Of a stretch of DNA of 20,891 nt, positions 17,957-20,891 are shown piece by piece. The notes under the pieces were generated by a model. The model made no database searches and was not told the DNA's origin. It was given only the letters and a program-made list of their open reading frames with translations. Both the position numbers and the translations under genes were made by a program. Within the stretch, counting starts at the first letter, position 1. Each line of letters opens with the position of its first letter. This DNA comes from Atribacterota bacterium (lineage in GTDB: Bacteria > Atribacterota > Phoenicimicrobiia > Phoenicimicrobiales > Phoenicimicrobiaceae). The stretch lies in the NCBI GenBank assembly GCA_038203565.1, contig JBBRDV010000019.1:1-20891 (forward strand). The letters are read 5' to 3'.

Positions 17957-18964
17957 ATGAAATTCAGGAAGCTAGAAATTATTTTAATGGTCTTTGTTTT
18001 ACTCTTGATTTTTAGTTATGTAAATGTCTTTGCAGCAGATGTTAAACTAACTTGGTCTTCCATAAGTGTGCCGGGAGATGCGCATACGGAGGCAATGAAG
18101 GTCTTTAAGGAAGAAGTAGAGAATCTTTCAGCAGGGCACATCACTGTGGATCTCTATGTTGCCGGTCAGATTTATACTCAGGAAGCAGAATTAGCAGCCT
18201 GTCGAGAAGGGACCTTAGATATGTCCTATTATAGCGATGCCTGGTTAGCTGAATTTGTTCCCTATCTATCTATGATTAGTGCAGTCTATACTTTTAGTGG
18301 TTATGATCATATGAATAAAGTATTAAATGGTGATATTGGAAAAAAGATTTTTGAAGAAGTAGCTCAAAAAACCGGTGTACGTCCTTTGGCTGCTTTCTAT
18401 CTGGGAACCAGACAACTTAATTTAGTAGAAAAAGTAGGTCCGGTTCGAACTCCTCAAGAGATGAAAGGTGTTAAATTAAGAACACCAGCCAGTCCTGCTT
18501 GGATTGCTTTGGGGAAAGCGTTGGGTGGTAGTCCTACTCCTATGAGCTTTGGGGAAGTATACATGGGGCTAAAAACTGGTGCTATAGAAGGTCAAGATAA
18601 TCCCCTTCCTACTGACAAAAATGCTAAGTTTTATGAGGTAACTAAATACATAGTGCTTACCAGCCATGTAGTCAATTCTGTATGGCCAACTATCAATGAA
18701 AAGAAATGGCAGTCATTGAGTGAGATAGATCAATTAGTCATACGCAAAGCTATCGAAAAAGCACGAAAGTTTTGTGCTGAAACCAACCTGAAGGCTGAAG
18801 CAGAGTTACTAGATTTCTTTAGGGGGCAGGGATTAATTGTTATTGAAGATCCGGACAGAGCGGCTTTTGCTGCTTATGCTAAAAACTCTTATGCTACGGA
18901 GAGCAAAGATATTTCTAAAAATTGGGATATGGCTCTCTATGAAGAAATTCAGGAACTAAAATAA
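17957..18964 (+). CDS. dctP: TRAP transporter substrate-binding protein
   Basis: Signal peptide, GTRQL, KGVKLRTP, PTPMSFGEVYMGLKTGAIEGQDNP and FYEVTKY motifs. Confidence 0.95.
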   Translation: MKFRKLEIILMVFVLLLIFSYVNVFAADVKLTWSSISVPGDAHTEAMKVFKEEVENLSAGHITVDLYVAGQIYTQEAELAACREGTLDMSYYSDAWLAEFVPYLSMISAVYTFSGYDHMNKVLNGDIGKKIFEEVAQKTGVRPLAAFYLGTRQLNLVEKVGPVRTPQEMKGVKLRTPASPAWIALGKALGGSPTPMSFGEVYMGLKTGAIEGQDNPLPTDKNAKFYEVTKYIVLTSHVVNSVWPTINEKKWQSLSEIDQLVIRKAIEKARKFCAETNLKAEAELLDFFRGQGLIVIEDPDRAAFAAYAKNSYATESKDISKNWDMALYEEIQELK

Positions 18965-19002
18965 TCATCAATAGAATAGTGAGGTAATTTTGCCGGAATA
19001 GA

Positions 19003-19040
19003 AAGCGGGGGTCTCATTGGTAACGGTGAGATCCTCGCTT
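19003..19040 (+). other. Intercistronic stem-loop after dctP (mRNA stabiliser or partial terminator)
   Basis: 17-bp stem with G-U pairs closed by a GTAA (GNRA) tetraloop, with no long U-tract. Confidence 0.65.
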
Positions 19041-19060
19041 ATAAAGGAGACTGAAAGGTT

Positions 19061-19558
19061 ACGAAAAATATAAAACTCTGGAAAAAAATAAGTATTTTTT
19101 TACTTAATTTTATTGAAGTCTACACCTCAGCGACATTTTTTTGCTTGTTATTTATTGTTTTTATGTTAGAAATATTTTACCGTTATTTTCTGATTCCCCT
19201 TACCTGGACTTTAGAATTTTCGCTGATAGCTTTTATCTGGGTAACGCTACTGGGGGCTTGTTTTGCCCAGCGAGACTCTTCGCATGTGATGTTTACTATG
19301 ATCTATGATAAAGTCAAACCCAGGACTCAAATATGGATGAGAATAGTGGGAAATTCCTTGGTATTTATTGCTTTTTCTATTTCACTTTATCCGACTTATC
19401 GGTATATAAACTTTATGTCCTTTAAAAAGTCTGATGTGCTTAAGATTCCTATGAATATAGCTTTTTCTCCTTATTTGGTGTTTCTTATGATTATGATTGG
19501 ACGATTAGGCTACAGTATTATCACAGATTTCAAAAAACTTAATCGGGGAGAAAATTAG
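19061..19558 (+). CDS. dctQ: TRAP transporter small permease; start codon uncertain (ACG at 19061)
   Basis: The frame is open from 19055. ACG 19061 follows AAGGAGA and gives 165 aa with the full TM1 (LNFIEVYTSATFFCLLFIVFMLEIFYRYF), WTLE and SHV motifs. Confidence 0.85.
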   Translation, partial: TKNIKLWKKISIFLLNFIEVYTSATFFCLLFIVFMLEIFYRYFLIPLTWTLEFSLIAFIWVTLLGACFAQRDSSHVMFTMIYDKVKPRTQIWMRIVGNSLVFIAFSISLYPTYRYINFMSFKKSDVLKIPMNIAFSPYLVFLMIMIGRLGYSIITDFKKLNRGEN

Positions 19559-19559
19559 G

Positions 19560-20855
19560 ATGAATATTCCGCTGCTGGTCTTTATATTGTGTTTTATCTT
19601 AACTTTTATTTTAAGAATTCCTATTGCTTTAGGTATGTTGATGAGTTCAATTTATTATTTTGTCTTGGCTCCCGGCCCAGCTGCTGGTGTACAGATGGCG
19701 GCAACCCAACTGCTAACCAATCTCAATGTAAGCTTTATTCTTATTGCAGTTCCTCTCTTTGTTTTTACTGCCAAGGTGATGAATACCGGAAAAGTGACTG
19801 AAATGGTATTCAAATTTGCGAACATTCTTGTTGGTAGATGGCGAGGAGGAATGGGACATGTTAATGTCATTGCTTCTCTTATATTTTCTGGAATGACTGG
19901 TTCGGCAATTGCCGATGCCTCAGGTTTAGGAATTATGGAGATAGAAGCTATGCGAAAGCAAAACTATGATGACGGATTTAGCTGTGCCATTACGGCAGCT
20001 TCAGCAACTATTGGCCCTATTTTTCCACCCAGCATTCCTATGGTTATTTATTCTATGTTTTCTGGCGCTTCTATTGGTAAACTTTTTTTAGGTGGGATGA
20101 TACCGGGGATTTTAATTGCAATAGCTTTAATGATTTATGTTGCTTATATCTCGAAAAAGAGAAATTACCCTACAGGGGGAAGCTATCATTTTAGGGAACT
20201 TATTAAAATTATTATTCACACTTTTCCCGCACTTTTAACTCCGGTAATTCTTTTGGGTGGTATCTACAGTGGAATTGTGACACCTACTGAAGCAGCTGCC
20301 CTGGCAGGATTTTATGCCATGGTCATTTCATTTTTTATCTATCGGGCTATCGGTTTAAAACAATTGCTCGGTGTAATTATAGATACGGTTAAAACAACAG
20401 GCACTCTCTCTCTTATTGTTGGTGCTGCCTTTAGTTTTTCATATATTGTGGCTATAGAACATATTCCGGATTTACTATATGGAAATTTATCATCTATAAT
20501 TCAGAATAAATACTTGATGCTCCTAATAATAAATATAGTTTTTCTTATTCTGGGAATGTTGGTGGATACTTCTTGTATACAGGTAGTATTTGTCCCCATC
20601 GTTTTACCTTTGGTAGAAGCCATGGGAATTAATTTGGTTCATTTTGGAGTAGTAATTGTTTTAAATATGATGATAGGTCTATCCACCCCTCCTTTTGGTA
20701 TGCTGCTGTTTATTGTATCTGGCATTTCTGGTACCCCCCTTAAAACAGTCATTAAAGAAATTTTTCCTATGCTTTTAGTGTTAATTGGTGTACTTTTATT
20801 AATCACTTATATTCCGGAAATTGTAATGTTTATTCCTAATACTATATGGAAATAA
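19560..20855 (+). CDS. dctM: TRAP transporter large permease
   Basis: AVPLFVF, FSGMTGSAIADA, GPIFPPSIP, TPTEAA and TPPFG motifs. 431 aa. Confidence 0.96.
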   Translation: MNIPLLVFILCFILTFILRIPIALGMLMSSIYYFVLAPGPAAGVQMAATQLLTNLNVSFILIAVPLFVFTAKVMNTGKVTEMVFKFANILVGRWRGGMGHVNVIASLIFSGMTGSAIADASGLGIMEIEAMRKQNYDDGFSCAITAASATIGPIFPPSIPMVIYSMFSGASIGKLFLGGMIPGILIAIALMIYVAYISKKRNYPTGGSYHFRELIKIIIHTFPALLTPVILLGGIYSGIVTPTEAAALAGFYAMVISFFIYRAIGLKQLLGVIIDTVKTTGTLSLIVGAAFSFSYIVAIEHIPDLLYGNLSSIIQNKYLMLLIINIVFLILGMLVDTSCIQVVFVPIVLPLVEAMGINLVHFGVVIVLNMMIGLSTPPFGMLLFIVSGISGTPLKTVIKEIFPMLLVLIGVLLLITYIPEIVMFIPNTIWK

Positions 20856-20891
20856 GTATTAAGTTTGATTTTAAAGAATAACTAAATTCTA

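Overview
AT-rich bacterial chromosomal window. The T-box, SigH-like promoters and gene style suggest an anaerobe such as Atribacterota or a Firmicutes-like lineage (inference only). From left to right it contains: a partial MMPL/RND exporter on the minus strand with a palindrome inside its promoter; a serine T-box riboswitch heading archease-rtcB-serS, then tRNA-Ser(TGA); a candidate anti-Shine-Dalgarno sRNA; a deleted MFS gene; two serine proteases (HtrA/Deg-like and SDH-family); a 3xPAS-GGDEF diguanylate cyclase; an internally deleted PolX-PHP; a corrinoid protein with a methyltransferase remnant; and an IclR-headed sugar operon (DHDPS/NAL-family aldolase, fucI, kinase remnant, URO-D-fold protein, TRAP dctPQM). 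Five signals stand out. (1) An RNA ligase module is wired to a Ser T-box. (2) A 27-nt palindromic element has inserted repeatedly into itself at the same position in alternating orientation. (3) A promoter-to-terminator sRNA exposes an anti-SD sequence. (4) There is a possible corrinoid-dependent methyl-sugar catabolic system. (5) Four genes survive only as skeletons after large deletions.
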